Of a DNA stretch of 64,000 nt, positions 51,252 through 64,000 are shown piece by piece (position 1 is the first letter of the stretch; each line of letters begins with the position of its first letter). Source of the stretch: Paraphysomonas bandaiensis. Taxonomy: Eukaryota; Protista; Chrysophyceae. Position numbers and translations under genes: made by a program. Under the pieces are notes generated by a model that saw only the letters and a list, made by a program, of their open reading frames with translations, was not told where the DNA came from and did not search any database. The stretch is from the NCBI GenBank assembly GCA_965644295.1, contig CBFFRP010000280.1, positions 166,399-230,398 of the forward strand, written 5' to 3'.

Positions 51252-52937
51252 CTACTTGGATTTTGACATATCATGACCAAAAGTAATATTTCCAGCACTA
51301 GATACGTGTGTTCGATCCATAACGCCGATGCTTCCTTTATTGAGCGCACTGATTGAAGCAGAGTCGCCACTTCCGACAGTATCTGCACCAAAGGTGACGC
51401 TTCCTGATCGCGATACCTCCGACCGAGACATGTGGTCTTTACTGCCAGCTGATATCTACATTAAGAGTTGTTAGAAATACACATAGGACAAGCGGAACGA
51501 AATGAAACAACTAATATTCATCGAATCCAAAACAGACAGGTTACCTTGGTCATTCCAGACTCGGCTCTTGCTTTGGCTAGCTGCTCCTCAGTGAATTCTC
51601 GTTTGTGAGCGTTAGCCATTCGTGGCCCCAGAGTGGGACCAGTGTACTCAGGGACAGTTCTCTGTATAGTTCTGCCGAGAGCGAATATGCACTGCACCAC
51701 TACATTCATATCTTTCTCCTCGAAAAGGTCTACAGTCTCAAATAGATCATGCTCAGACACACCAAGAGCACGACATGCCCTGCACGTAAGCAGCAATATA
51801 AAAGTCAGACACAATTGAGTAATAAATGCTCATACCTGAGAAAAGACGATATGTTTTCCATTTGCTTAAATGGCATAGCCGAAGAATTAATTTTTTTCAC
51901 ACTTCCTGGGCGGATAGCGTTCACCAGTTTGCATAAGACTTCTCCATTCTTGAGATAGGAAGCAAAAGGTTGGCTATTAAATGATTCACCAGTTACAGCT
52001 TCAATCCATTCCCTGGCTTGATTTTCAAGGGATACGTCGTACTTCTCCGCCTAGGTAGAAAGTGAATATTTTCAAGTTGCGAGATAACTACGGAGGGTAC
52101 CTGTTTCTTGGCTAGCTCCGCATCAAGTCCGAATCCTGCTCCCCTGGATCCAGTAGCTGCACGCTCTACTCCCGTGTTACTACTTGCAGTAGTTGTGCTC
52201 GGTGAAGCAGCACTAACAGCAGGCGTAGCAGCTGCACGGAATATAGTCGCTTGTGACACGTTACCAGAATCAGGATTCAGTTTTGAAGGTTTAGGTGGCG
52301 GGGAGGGAGGAACCGATGGTTTGAGAGAGACGCTCTCGACACCTGTGGTTACCTGGTTCTAAAATATCATAAGGCTAAGAATATTGTAAGCAAGGGAAGA
52401 ATTACCACTGCGGCATCTACAGCTACAGCAGCACGAGGGGAGTTAAACGTTGGGTCCAAATAGGGCCCATTAAAAGTTGGCACATTCTTCTGAACTGCTC
52501 GTGACAAGGCATGTAGGCAGGTCACAACCACTCCAAGATCCTGTGTCGTTACATGAAATATATACTATTCAAATACATCACACTATAACCTTCTCTTCAA
52601 ATAAATCAACAGTCTCGAAGAGCTCATACTCAGCTATTCCCACAGTTCTACAAGCCCTTAGAAAATTAGATATGTTCTCCATCTGTTTGAACGGCATCGC
52701 AGAAGTTTCAATCTTTCTAACACTCCCAGGCTTGATAGTATTGATTAATTTGCACAAAATTTGACCATTCTTTAAAGCTGGTCCAAAGTCTCCTTGTAGA
52801 GTCTCTCCGGTAACGGCCTCTAGCCACACACGAGCCATACGCTCTGCATTAGGATCATACTTCGCTGCTTGCTTCCGGGCAAGCTCTGCATCAAGACCAA
52901 ATCCGGCCCCACGAGTTCCTTGAGGTGTTTTACTCAT
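51252..52937 (-). CDS. Calponin/transgelin (MP20)-like protein with two tandem CH domains
   Basis: The unit GAGFGLDAELA.KQ..KY...W.EAVTG...LKNG..LCKL.N.I.PGSV.KI..SAMPFKQMENIS.FL.ACR..G....LFETVDLFE occurs twice. The C-terminus has two S..G.(V/I)TFG.D repeats; there are several short introns. Confidence 0.9.
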
Positions 52938-54104
52938 TATCAATGTCAAGTGTTGAAAATAATGAATAGAAATTTCATCATATCTCCAGCTACACTCTCC
53001 TACTGCATGAAATATACCTACATATAGGAGCTGTACGTATACCTCAACTGACTCAGTTGGCAGAATACGGAAATACATGAAATACAGTTCAGTTGTAGTA
53101 CAGGTAGAAATTCCTAGAATATATTCCGCAGATTGCATGAAAATTACTACTTTTCCATAAAAAATGATTTTTCTATAGATACTGCTGATATTCCAACCCT
53201 TAAAACTAGATTGTCATTACAATGTTGTGAGTGCAGGTAGAAGTCGTAAGCTGACTGCCAGTACTGCGTCTAACTTAGCAATGTCCTGCGATTACTACGA
53301 ATCATTGTATGTTAAGAAAAGTAATCGTCTACTACAATCAAAGTACCTTGCAATAGTCCATTTCGTTTGTCTATAGGACAATCATTGGCAGGGAGTGCCT
53401 CATACAACCTATGGAGAGCAAATTGCATAGATACTATCTTCAACGCAACTATATTAAACTAACATAGGCACACTGCTGATCTACATAACTGGCTTTATCA
53501 CACTACACAAAAACAATGTCACTCCTTGTACGCTGTGTATTCAACCTTCCACGGTAATTGAGTCTTCTTCGGCTCTGCTTTGTCTGTCTCTAATTATTTC
53601 AACGATTGTCTACATCCTCATACAGGGATATGTTTATTCATTGTCAATATTTGGGAATCGTACGCTTAACTTGTAGAGGTATGTATTACAGTTTATTGAA
53701 CACTTTCTCATAATAATATAATGAGAAAGTCCTTGGAGTGATTTTGAAAAGAAGCCGTAATAATACTTGTCCCTGACCGCAATGCAGTCGTCAAGGACAT
53801 GACATCAGTTATTCCACACGTTTTCTGTTTTTTTCAAAATAAAGTAAGCGTGTATAGTATAGTTTGTATGAGATCTATGTCTTCTAGAAAAAACGAAAGA
53901 TATCTATTTGCTTGTCAACACTATCGTCCAGCACATGATATGCAGTGAGACATTATACATTACACATGTGCGCACTTTCGGTATAAAATATTCTTCTTGC
54001 AATCGACAAGGTATCGAAACCAACTCATTCGAAGTTCCAAGCAATAAACTCTTAACTAGCGTATCATACTCACTCATAACAAAATTGTTAACCATACTAA
54101 AATA

Positions 54105-55812
54105 TCATTTTAGTGTTGACTCTTTGCGGCGCTCAAAAACGACGCTGCACAAGCCATCACGTTGCGCTAACGTTGCACGCTTGAAACACATTGGTGGAAT
54201 ATTCTTATCAGAGGGTACGTGTATATCATACTCCGCAAGTATCGCTACTACCATGAGACGAGTTGCCTTGAGGAGAATGTTACAAATAGTTAGCGACATA
54301 TGTAAGAGTACTTACAACAAGAGCCAAGTTGTAGCCAGGACACTGATGAACACCATACGAAAAAGTAGTGAAGTGGAGACGATCCTTTACTGATTCTCTC
54401 AGGCCTGCCCTATTTGGGTCAAACTCAGCACACGAGCTTCCCCATCTATCAGAATCCAGATGTGGAACAATATGAGATACTCCAACGTAGCTTCCACAAG
54501 GAATGACGTAAGACTTGCCATCACTCTTTAAAACCCACCCGTCAGGACTTAATACTTTCCTGACCGCCCCGATAGAGTGAGCGGTAAGCCGCAGGGTCTC
54601 AATTACCATTTTCGTGATCATCTCACAAGCCTCCAGATCATCTAGAATTGACGAGGCACCATGAGACCACTGCTCGCTACGACATAAAAAATTTACAGCC
54701 TCCGTAGACACCATAGAAGTCCAGGAGTCGTTAGAGGACGACACTGTAGATTCGTGCTCCAGAATAAATAAAATTGTCTGGAATGCAGCGATGGCTGTAC
54801 CGACATCGACATAAATGTGAGAGAATGTGATCAAACAAATTTACTCATACCGGCGTTTTTGTGAGCTGCAAATAACAATCCTACACAGAGCTCTGCTGCC
54901 TCCTCAGCGCTATGTCCGTCACTTCTCATTGCTCTCAGCCATATACCTTCTTCATTTTTACCCATTACTCCTGACAACACATCAAAAAGGCAGGTGTATG
55001 ATGAACCGAAACTCACCGGTGTCTACAGCAGTCCACAGTTTTTGAATAGAAGATGCTAGCTTCGTAACAAGTACCTTTCTATGGCTTGCCACTTTCCAGA
55101 GGCATACCGGCTTTGCTAGCCAAAGGGGAAGAACAGCCGCACTTGCAGTCGCATTCTCAACTTCATCTTGAAATTCCATGAACTCTCGGGCAAAATTCGA
55201 ACCGTTCAACTCATAATATAAGTCAACCAAAGATGTACTAATAAATGCTTGAGTCATAACCGTCAAAATACAACACCGAATAAAGAGCATAAAATCGTCT
55301 ACTCGAGCATGTTCGTTAATATTTTCTCTCAAATACGTTCGCATCAGGTTAAATAAGTTCTTTCCATACTCGCACATGTTATCGGTTGAAGAGAAATTAA
55401 ATTTGATAACACTTCGATGAAAATCTGTACCAGAGAAAACATTAAGATCGCCTAAAGTGTCTCTAAAACCAAAATCAGCAACGGCAGCTCTTGCAGAGAG
55501 AATTTCTTCTTGGGCAAGAGAAAACTGTTTCATTCCATCTCTAGAAGAGAGTATAGTAGTCTCTAATCCCGCTAAGTTAATAGTAAAAACAGGTCCCAGT
55601 TTCTTGGCTTGATCACATAAAAATCGATGAGGTTCATCTTTATATGCGAGTGCATTTCCCAGTAGTGGAAGGGACGGTTGTGCTCGTGGAACGGGAGTTG
55701 AATTCAATTCAGTCGGTGGGTTTGGGTGTCTGTTGCTATAGATGAACACAGCAGCGCCCAATAGCGCTATAAGTACTATCACATAGATCCAACCTACTGT
55801 TATGTCAATCAT
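54105..55812 (-). CDS. Cytochrome P450, CYP51/CYP7-clan-like, multi-exon
   Basis: N-terminal TM anchor, PLLGNAL, GPVFTINLAG, I-helix LLFAAHKN, ETLRL, FDPNR and heme signature FSYGVHQCPG. Confidence 0.9.
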
Positions 55813-56185
55813 AATTGCAAGTAAATAGAGTACGATGCAATGTTGACAGGCTATGAGCTTCTTGTACGAGGATCTTATTGTCACTTTGGCTACTTGTGGT
55901 TTATAGTACGAAGAACAACACGTTGCTTGCCCCTACACACTGCTCTATATATGTACATGCAGTGGCTATAACACAGATCTAGAATATACGGATCTCCGAA
56001 ATTATCATGTAGCCTGAATATACGGATCATGCCGAATCATGTAGCCGTGTATATAGACTATGCACTGCCTGCATGTACGTACTCCTTCAGCACTTGATTC
56101 TCATCTTACGACCCTCATGACTACGCATAAGATCTCATACATACATATCTTCCCTCCATCCATCAATGGAACACCGCATCAAATA

Positions 56186-58261
56186 ATGGTTACTCCACTT
56201 CTACTCTGCGTTATTCTAGGCGTTGTCTCCAGCCATCAGAGCGAGCTTCCTCCTTCATTCTTAGGCTTAATAAGGACTCATAGAGAGGTATGTATATACA
56301 ATTATATATTGTGTAATCACACCTAACTCTGTATATATAGCCTGTCTCACACGATGAAGATAGCAATACTGATCTGCGTTCAACAGGTGCGGTGTTAACT
56401 GCCAGTCCGAATGAGTTCATAGATACGGGAGAAGATATCACTGTGGAGTGGATCAATGTACCAGCTCCTGACTCCTACGACTGGATTGGCATGTATTGTG
56501 GTAGAGAATCGGGTGTGTCGCCTAATAATGTTCTTGATTGGATGTATGTGAATGATCTCAGCACGAATGGGAGTGTCATTTTTAGGAACCTTATCAATAT
56601 GCGCTGTAAATACTTTTTTCGTTATTATCGTGATATATCGTCTGGTGAGTATGCGCTCATCGCCGAAAGTAATGAAATATCTCCCATAAAAGGGACTAAT
56701 ACTCCTATGCATGGTCGACTAAGCTTGACTGATAATCTTGATGAGATGCAAGTTACATGGACATCAAATAGCCAATTACAGACGTTTCAGGAAGTTCGAT
56801 ACAGTAAGGATTGTGTGGAGTTTCCTACTGCATTCGTCACGGCTGTGAACCACTCCGCACCAACTACTTACAATGCCGAGGATATGTGTGGATCACCTGC
56901 AAATGTGACCTATCAGTATCTTTACCGCCCTGTTGGTTACTTTCATACTGTCCTTCTTGCTGATTTGGCTCCTGATACATTGTACTGTTACCAATACGGT
57001 AACGCTATCGACGGCTTCTCGGATGTTTTTTCATTTCGTACTCCTGGAGGGGTTGGGAAGGAGATAGGGGTGAAGTTTGTGGCTTACGGGGACATGGGTG
57101 TGAGTGCCTCAAACGGTGCAACGAGTACAGCATTACGAGTGTCACAGGTATTTCCCTTTCATCCTTCACTTATATGCTGATGTATTGTAATGATTTGGGA
57201 CTGCAGGAACTGGGTGACACTGATTTCTTGTTGCATTTTGGAGATATCAGCTATGCTCGTGGTTACGGATATATTTGGGAGCAGTTCCACTACATGATAG
57301 AGCCTTTATCCACAAGGCTGCCGTATATGGTTTCTGTTGGCAACCATGGTAAGCTTTTACTGTTATATATGGACTGCACTTGTATGTAATTGTAGACTCA
57401 AGCGGACTGTATATTCTTTAAAATTCTGAACACTTATCTGTAGAGTACGATCATATTTCTGGCGGCTGGAAGGACCCCTCAAATGCTACGGGGACAGGTT
57501 TCCATCCTGCCTGGGGTAATTACGGGGATGATTCGAGTGGAGAATGCAGCGTTCCTGTCTATCACCGGTTCAGATCTCCATCCAACGGGAAAGGAGTATA
57601 TTGGTATAGTTTTGATTATGGGAATATCCATGTCGTGCAGATAAGCAGCGAGCATGACTATACATATGACTCCGAGCAATGGAAGTGGCTTGATAGAGAT
57701 CTCGGAGCAACTGACCGAACAATAACACCATTTATTGTAAGTAGTAGAATGGTTATTGCTTTGTATATACGGGTAATGCTCGGAGTAGGTAGTAACAAGT
57801 CACCGCCCTATGTACAATTCCGAAAACTATGCAAGTGACTATGAAGTTTCGCTGCATCTACGAGAAGCACTTGAGCCACTTCTAGATATTTACAAAGTGG
57901 ATGTGTTCCTAGCTGGACATTATCACAGCTACGAAAGGACGTGCAGTGTATACAACGAAGAATGTTTTGAGCTCTCAGATGTTAGAGGTAACTCTTTAGT
58001 ATTTTATTCTGTTTGCGCAATATGTTTTGCATTTGCAGTGCTCAGTGCGACTGTGTTTCAGGGACTGTGCATATCACAGTTGGTAGCGCGGGGGCAAGTT
58101 TGGATTCTGCGGCGTGGATGAACAAACCTTGGCACAGCTACGGGGCTTATGAATTTGGGTATCTACGAGTATCTACAAATGAAGTTGCAATGACATTACA
58201 GTACGTGCGCAATGAAGATGGGTCGGTGGCAGACTCCATCACACTACCATCGAGGTTTTAG
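56186..58261 (+). CDS. Secreted purple acid phosphatase (PAP / nucleotide pyrophosphatase type), multi-exon
   Basis: Signal peptide, N-terminal DWIG FN3-like domain, and GDMG, GDISYA, GNHE, HRPMY and GHYHSYER metallophosphoesterase motifs. Confidence 0.93.
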
Positions 58262-58942
58262 CAGTTACTTGAAATTCGTCTAACAATAGTCGGCATTGCT
58301 GTAAACATATGTTGGTAGTTGGTTTATATCGTACCAATTAATTGAATTATATGTAATAATTATCGATATCTTGTAATGAAGTTCACTTCTCAAATTTGCT
58401 TTGAAAATTAATATCTTTTCCCCGTTCCAGATTAAATATTAATAACGATGTATGTATATATGTTTTCCACTTGCGATGATATTATCTTCAGCTTTGACTA
58501 ATATATAATAAAAATGATTTCTATTACACCAAATAGTCAACAGCTAATATAAATTACGCAACACAAGCTATAATATGCCTCTTCTGAAGTATTTTGATTT
58601 TTAGAGGGAACAACTGAACAGGTCAACGTATATGTATCAGCAACAACTGTGCGAGGATGGCTGGCAATTTGTCAAGGTATTTGGCTTTACAGGAGATCTG
58701 AAAATATTATTCCCACTTCTTGAATCGAATCTGCGTGAGTGGGAAAAGAAGTATACAGATTGAAATATTAAAAACATCGGTAAGCAATGACAAAGCTATT
58801 TTACTCAAACATTGACAGTAGTATATTTTAGTACAGTATTTGTGTCTGCCTGATGACAAAATTTGTTCTCCTTGCAAAGCTTTTAGATTTTAGATTTTAG
58901 ATGCGTCGACAGTAACTAAGTCTCCGCAGCAACATATTTATA

Positions 58943-60194
58943 AAAGTCTTATTATTAGCAAAAGGCGTCGATAATCAGCACAACATAAGTAGCTAGATGA
59001 AAACTAGTCAATCTAGATAGACTTCTACCTGTAACTAGCCAGTACAAATTCTCATATCCTACTATATAACGCTAGGAAAGTTGTTTGTGCGTCGCCACAA
59101 GCACCAAAGTGAGACCACTTCCGTTCTAAGCAGTTACATACATGAACTTCAATATGACAACATTGAGTACAATATTCTTCAGAAGAAGTTATTGTTACCT
59201 TATTGCAACTCAATCTGAGGGAAGGACATATTGGGAAAAAATAACAATGGGTAGTGAATGTCTGATTATTTAGCAATAGGCGTTGAGACCTTGCATCAAT
59301 TAGTGGCTAGAAGAATGCTAGTCATACTAGTTAGACCACTACCCGTAACTAATCAATACAAACTCTTTTATCCTACTATTTAACGCTACGAAAGCTGCTT
59401 GTGCGTCGCCGCAAGCACCAAGGTGCAACCACTTCCGTTCTAACAATGGGAAGGACATTATTCAAGACTTAGATTTTTTGATACCGCAAATGTACACAGG
59501 ACATTGGGCACGTCGGACATGTTCAATAATGGCAAAGGTGGGTTGCTATTTAAGTGAATGGACAGAACTCTAGAGAGAGATATTGGTCTGCAATCCCTAT
59601 CTATGAAGATAAAAGCGTCTGATTCTGTGCCATTGCAGGGGTTGTTCATAGATGTTGTGATTACTACAAAAAGCTATATGCGACTACTCTAAACAAAGTT
59701 GGACTAGCACCTTTTCGTGGTGTTCTGAGGGAAATTAAGTACCGGAGAGATTATCTCTGGGAAACTAACGTGAGCCGCAAACATAGTCAACAGATATTGT
59801 TCTGCCCACTCATAGCCGAATGCTAGTGTGGTACAAGGGACACCAATCAGTGTCACTTGTGTAGACGTCTTTGGGCCCTGACAAATAAACAGGCATCCGG
59901 GAATGGTCCCACCTCAAGGGCATCCGGGACAGGGCCCACCTGAAGGGTAGCCTGGGTATTGGGCTGTCTGCTGAAGTCAAGCATCCAGGGTGTTCACCTT
60001 AACAACTCAGAGCGGAAATGGTCGGACCTTGGCGCTTGTGGCGACGCACAAGCAGCTTCCGTAGCGTTAAATAGTAGTATAAAAGAAGTGTGTACTGAAT
60101 AGTTACAGGTAAAGGCCTAACTAGTTTGTCTAGCATTCATCTAGCTACTAAGTTGGTGCAGGTTTTTAACGTCTATTGCTAATAATAAGACTTT
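58943..60194. mobile_element. Family A non-autonomous element with ~185-bp terminal inverted repeats (59260-59443 / 60005-60194) and an extra tandem left arm (58943-59130)
   Basis: The left arm gtctgattatttagcaataggcgtt...tatcctactatttaacgctacgaaagctgcttgtgcgtcgccgcaagcaccaagg...ttccgttct is the reverse complement of the right arm. The core repeat lies between the arms. Confidence 0.8.
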
Positions 60195-60475
60195 CAATAT
60201 ATATGCGACTACGATTTGTCACATTCTCGGAAACGGAAACAAATATTTGCACAAATTCCAATATCCTTACGCGGAATAGTGGTGCAGTGTAGTTGCTGTG
60301 CTTGCTGTTTGAAAATGTATTGGTTTGATAAGTTGTCACTCCCATGTGTAGATGCAATTAATTAAACAATATTTGGAATTTTATTCTTTATTACTATTAA
60401 TAGTTAACAGCAGTAGCTACAAACATATTTTATGATTACATGTACTAAATACTTATCTTACTGGACGAGTGGCGT

Positions 60476-61479
60476 CTAATCGTTACTCATATAAACGTAC
60501 AGAACCACTAAAAGAAGAACTACGAGAGGCGTAACCTCGAGATCAGTCAGGCGGAAACTTCTCATCTTTTTCTCCGGTTCCGTTAATCTTTTATCATCAG
60601 TGTCGGTGTCACGAAAAGGAGCATATCCCCCGTTAAATTCATACTCATTATCCGCAAGTTCATTACCCGAATTATCTTCTGTATACTCACTTACATACTC
60701 ACAATCATCTGATGGAGCAGAGTCTGTTGAGTCAATAGCCGCAACAGGCTCACTCGTATCGAGCTCTTGCTGATCTGACACACTGACTTGAGCCCCATTC
60801 ATTTGACTCATCTCCATCAGATCGCGCTTTGATACCTTTGGAGGGGATGCAGGGTCAGCCTGCAACTGAATAAATTCTCGGTACACTCTCGATCGTCTCA
60901 AGAGGTGTTTGTTGGCATATAACTTCTGTAGATAAGCCTCAAGTGCCTTTGTGCGTTCCATTGTATACTGCTCGTCAAACCTACAACACGGGTAACAAGA
61001 ATGTAAATATAATTTATTATCAGCTAATCACCTGTTCAACCAACGCTGGAGTTCAAACCAGCGCTTTTTAGGCAGTTCAGGAATATCTGTTTCAGCAACT
61101 ATCGACTCATTCAATATATTTATGTGATTCTCTTCGAATTCGCTGTACCGCTTGCGAATATCCCACACATTACCCTTATGTTTAAACTATTGAAAAAATA
61201 TCAATAAAAATACCTCATATAATATGTTGTGTGACGTACCCGAACAGTGTACAGCACATGGTCCTACATAACACGCCAGTGTCAGTATGTCATATACACA
61301 CAGACACGACAATCACTTACATCTACAGTTTCTGCATTTATAATCCGAACATTGGCCCCTTTATCCTCATTATCCACTGTACCTGGCGCAAAACTAACAC
61401 GTTTCTTAGGTCTATTGCTTCGTTGTAAGCTGCTTGCGGATGAAACTAAAGCACTCTTCATTTGGATTAACTTATCCAT
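60476..61479 (-). CDS. PX-domain protein with C-terminal transmembrane anchor, multi-exon
   Basis: W.IRKRYSEF, PELPKKRWF and ERTKALEAYLQKL...REFI (PX domain); terminal VTPLVVLLLVVLYVYM hydrophobic tail. Confidence 0.85.
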
Positions 61480-61637
61480 AAATCAAATGAAATTCCAGAC
61501 ACAACAGATACTACGGTAGCATATTTGCAGTTGGAAGTGAGAGAAATCAGATATGGAAACTATGAACTCGCGTTAGGAGATATATTAAACTATACACACC
61601 CCAACATAATTCCACAGATACATTTCCATCTATAGAT

Positions 61638-63128
61638 CCATACATACATACATACATACATACATACATACATACATACATACATACATACATACATACA
61701 TACATACATACATACATACATACATACATACATACATACATACATACATACATACATACATACATACATACATACATACATACATACATACATACATACA
61801 TACATACATACATACATACATACATACATACATACATACATACATACATACATACATACATACATACATACATACATACATACATACATACATACATACA
61901 TACATACATACATACATACATACATACATACATACATACATACATACACACATACATACATACATACATACATACATACATACATACATACATACATACA
62001 TACATACATACATACATACATACATACATACATACATACATACATACATACATACATACATACATACATACATACATACATACATACATACATACATACA
62101 TACATACATACATACATACATACATACATACATACATACATACATACATACATACATACATACATACACATACATACATACATACATACATACATACATA
62201 CATACATACATACATACATACATACATACATACATACATACATACATACATACATACATACATACATACATACATACATACATACATACATACATACATA
62301 CATACATACATACATACATACATACATACATACATACATACATACATACATACATACATACATACATACATACATACATACATACATACATACATACATA
62401 CATACATACATACATACATACATACATACATACATACATACATACATACATACATACATACATACATACATACATACATACATACATACATACATACATA
62501 CATACATACATACATACATACATACATACATACATACATACATACATACATACATACATACATACATACATACATACATACATACATACATACATACATA
62601 CATACATACATACATACATACATACATACATACATACATACATACATACATACATACATACATACATACATACATACATACATACATACATACATACATA
62701 CATACATACATACATACATACATACATACATACATACATACATACATACATACATACATACATACATACATACATACATACATACATACATACATACATA
62801 CATACATACATACATACATACATACATACATACATACATACATACATACATACATACATACATACATACATACATACATACATACATACATACATACATA
62901 CATACATACATACATACATACATACATACATACATACATACATACATACATACATACATACATACATACATACATACATACATACATACATACATACATA
63001 CATACATACATACATACATACATACATACATACATACATACATACATACATACATACATACATACATACATACATACATACATACATACATACATACATA
63101 CATACATACATACATACATACATACATA
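61638..63128. repeat. (CATA)n microsatellite, ~1.5 kb with two CACA interruptions
   Basis: Directly visible; it is the source of the three ~500-aa MYVC ORFs. Confidence 0.99.
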
Positions 63129-64000
63129 ATGATGACAATGCAAGCAATCTATCTCAATAACTTCATAACCTGAACTCGAAACAATACTTCAAAATATTAC
63201 AGGAGAGTTAAATTCCGCATCTGATGCCTTTTAGGTGATTTGGAGCGATGGCACCCAGTCCCTTCAGAGTTTCGGTCATGTCGTGATTTTCAGGAATATG
63301 TGCCTCATATTATACACACACCATTCGAGTCAGTTACTAGCATGGGGGCTTAAGGGTGTTGTACATAAATGTAAGATGCCTATGAAAACAAGAATCCTCG
63401 TTCGACTACAATTCCAGTTTATTTTGATTTCAAGTTCATGATATTCCCTCAACATCCTTCTGTGGTGTGTGGTGAGGGTGTGACCCCATGTTGTTGAATT
63501 TGAGTTTATTCCTTGAGTTCATCCAAGACAATTCACATTTCCTAAGTTTATGTATAACCTTTTTAGTGAAATAATACTATTATTTTCATTTTTACTTAAT
63601 GATAATCGGAAGTACCTGCTTCCTTTGCATCAAGTACGTTCTGTATATATTAGATTTTAGCATCACGAGAATATGCTACAAGGGATAAGGTATATCGTCG
63701 CATGTCCAAAAATATTAAAATTCAGGCTTTTCGCCCTCGCTTCCTTGAAGGCAGAGCATGTCAACTAGATAAATATATTCTTGTAACTTGACCATTCAGC
63801 AAATATATATATGCTCTTTATCAAAACAGAGTTCTCTCTTAGTTTCAAGGTGTAAGATAAGTAAGAAAAAGCATTTCTGGCTCACATGCAGCATTGATTA
63901 CGCTACTCACCTTAACCTCATTCTATTTTAACAATCCAGTAATATTATAATCTAATTTATCAAAAAGTGTAGACTTAAATGATAAGTGTCGCCTCTTGAA

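Noticed and set aside
61547-63147. Three ~500-aa MYVC-repeat ORFs
   Set aside because: Stop-free translations of the (CATA)n microsatellite; not genes.

Overview
This is gene-dense eukaryotic DNA with many short (~50-75 bp) GT-AG introns and AT-rich intergenic spacers. DRC3 implies a flagellated organism; a stramenopile-type protist is my inference. I rebuilt about 18 protein genes by hand from the ORF track plus splice sites. They encode a ZZ+RING E3 ligase, two ankyrin proteins, a DysF/C2/MUN-like tether, beta-carbonic anhydrase, a 7TM-RGS, mitochondrial IF-3, DRC3, a fucosyltransferase-like GT, AlaRS, a haspin-like kinase, a double-CH calponin-like protein, a P450, a purple acid phosphatase, a PX protein and a few unknowns. 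There are also two (TATG/CATA)n microsatellites and two families of dispersed or inverted repeats. The standout is an 8-exon minus-strand gene at 33653->26708 (6546 nt spliced, 2181 aa) that joins several separate ORFs of the track in frame. Its domain order is two globin-like domains, NO-synthase oxygenase, flavodoxin, FAD/NAD(P)H reductase, coiled coil, a KRCPVDH heme-regulatory motif, a tandem-repeat linker and a C-terminal villin headpiece. It looks like a cyanobacterial-type globin-coupled NOS tethered to F-actin, with many altered heme, substrate and cofactor residues. All homology calls come from motif recognition; no searches were run.
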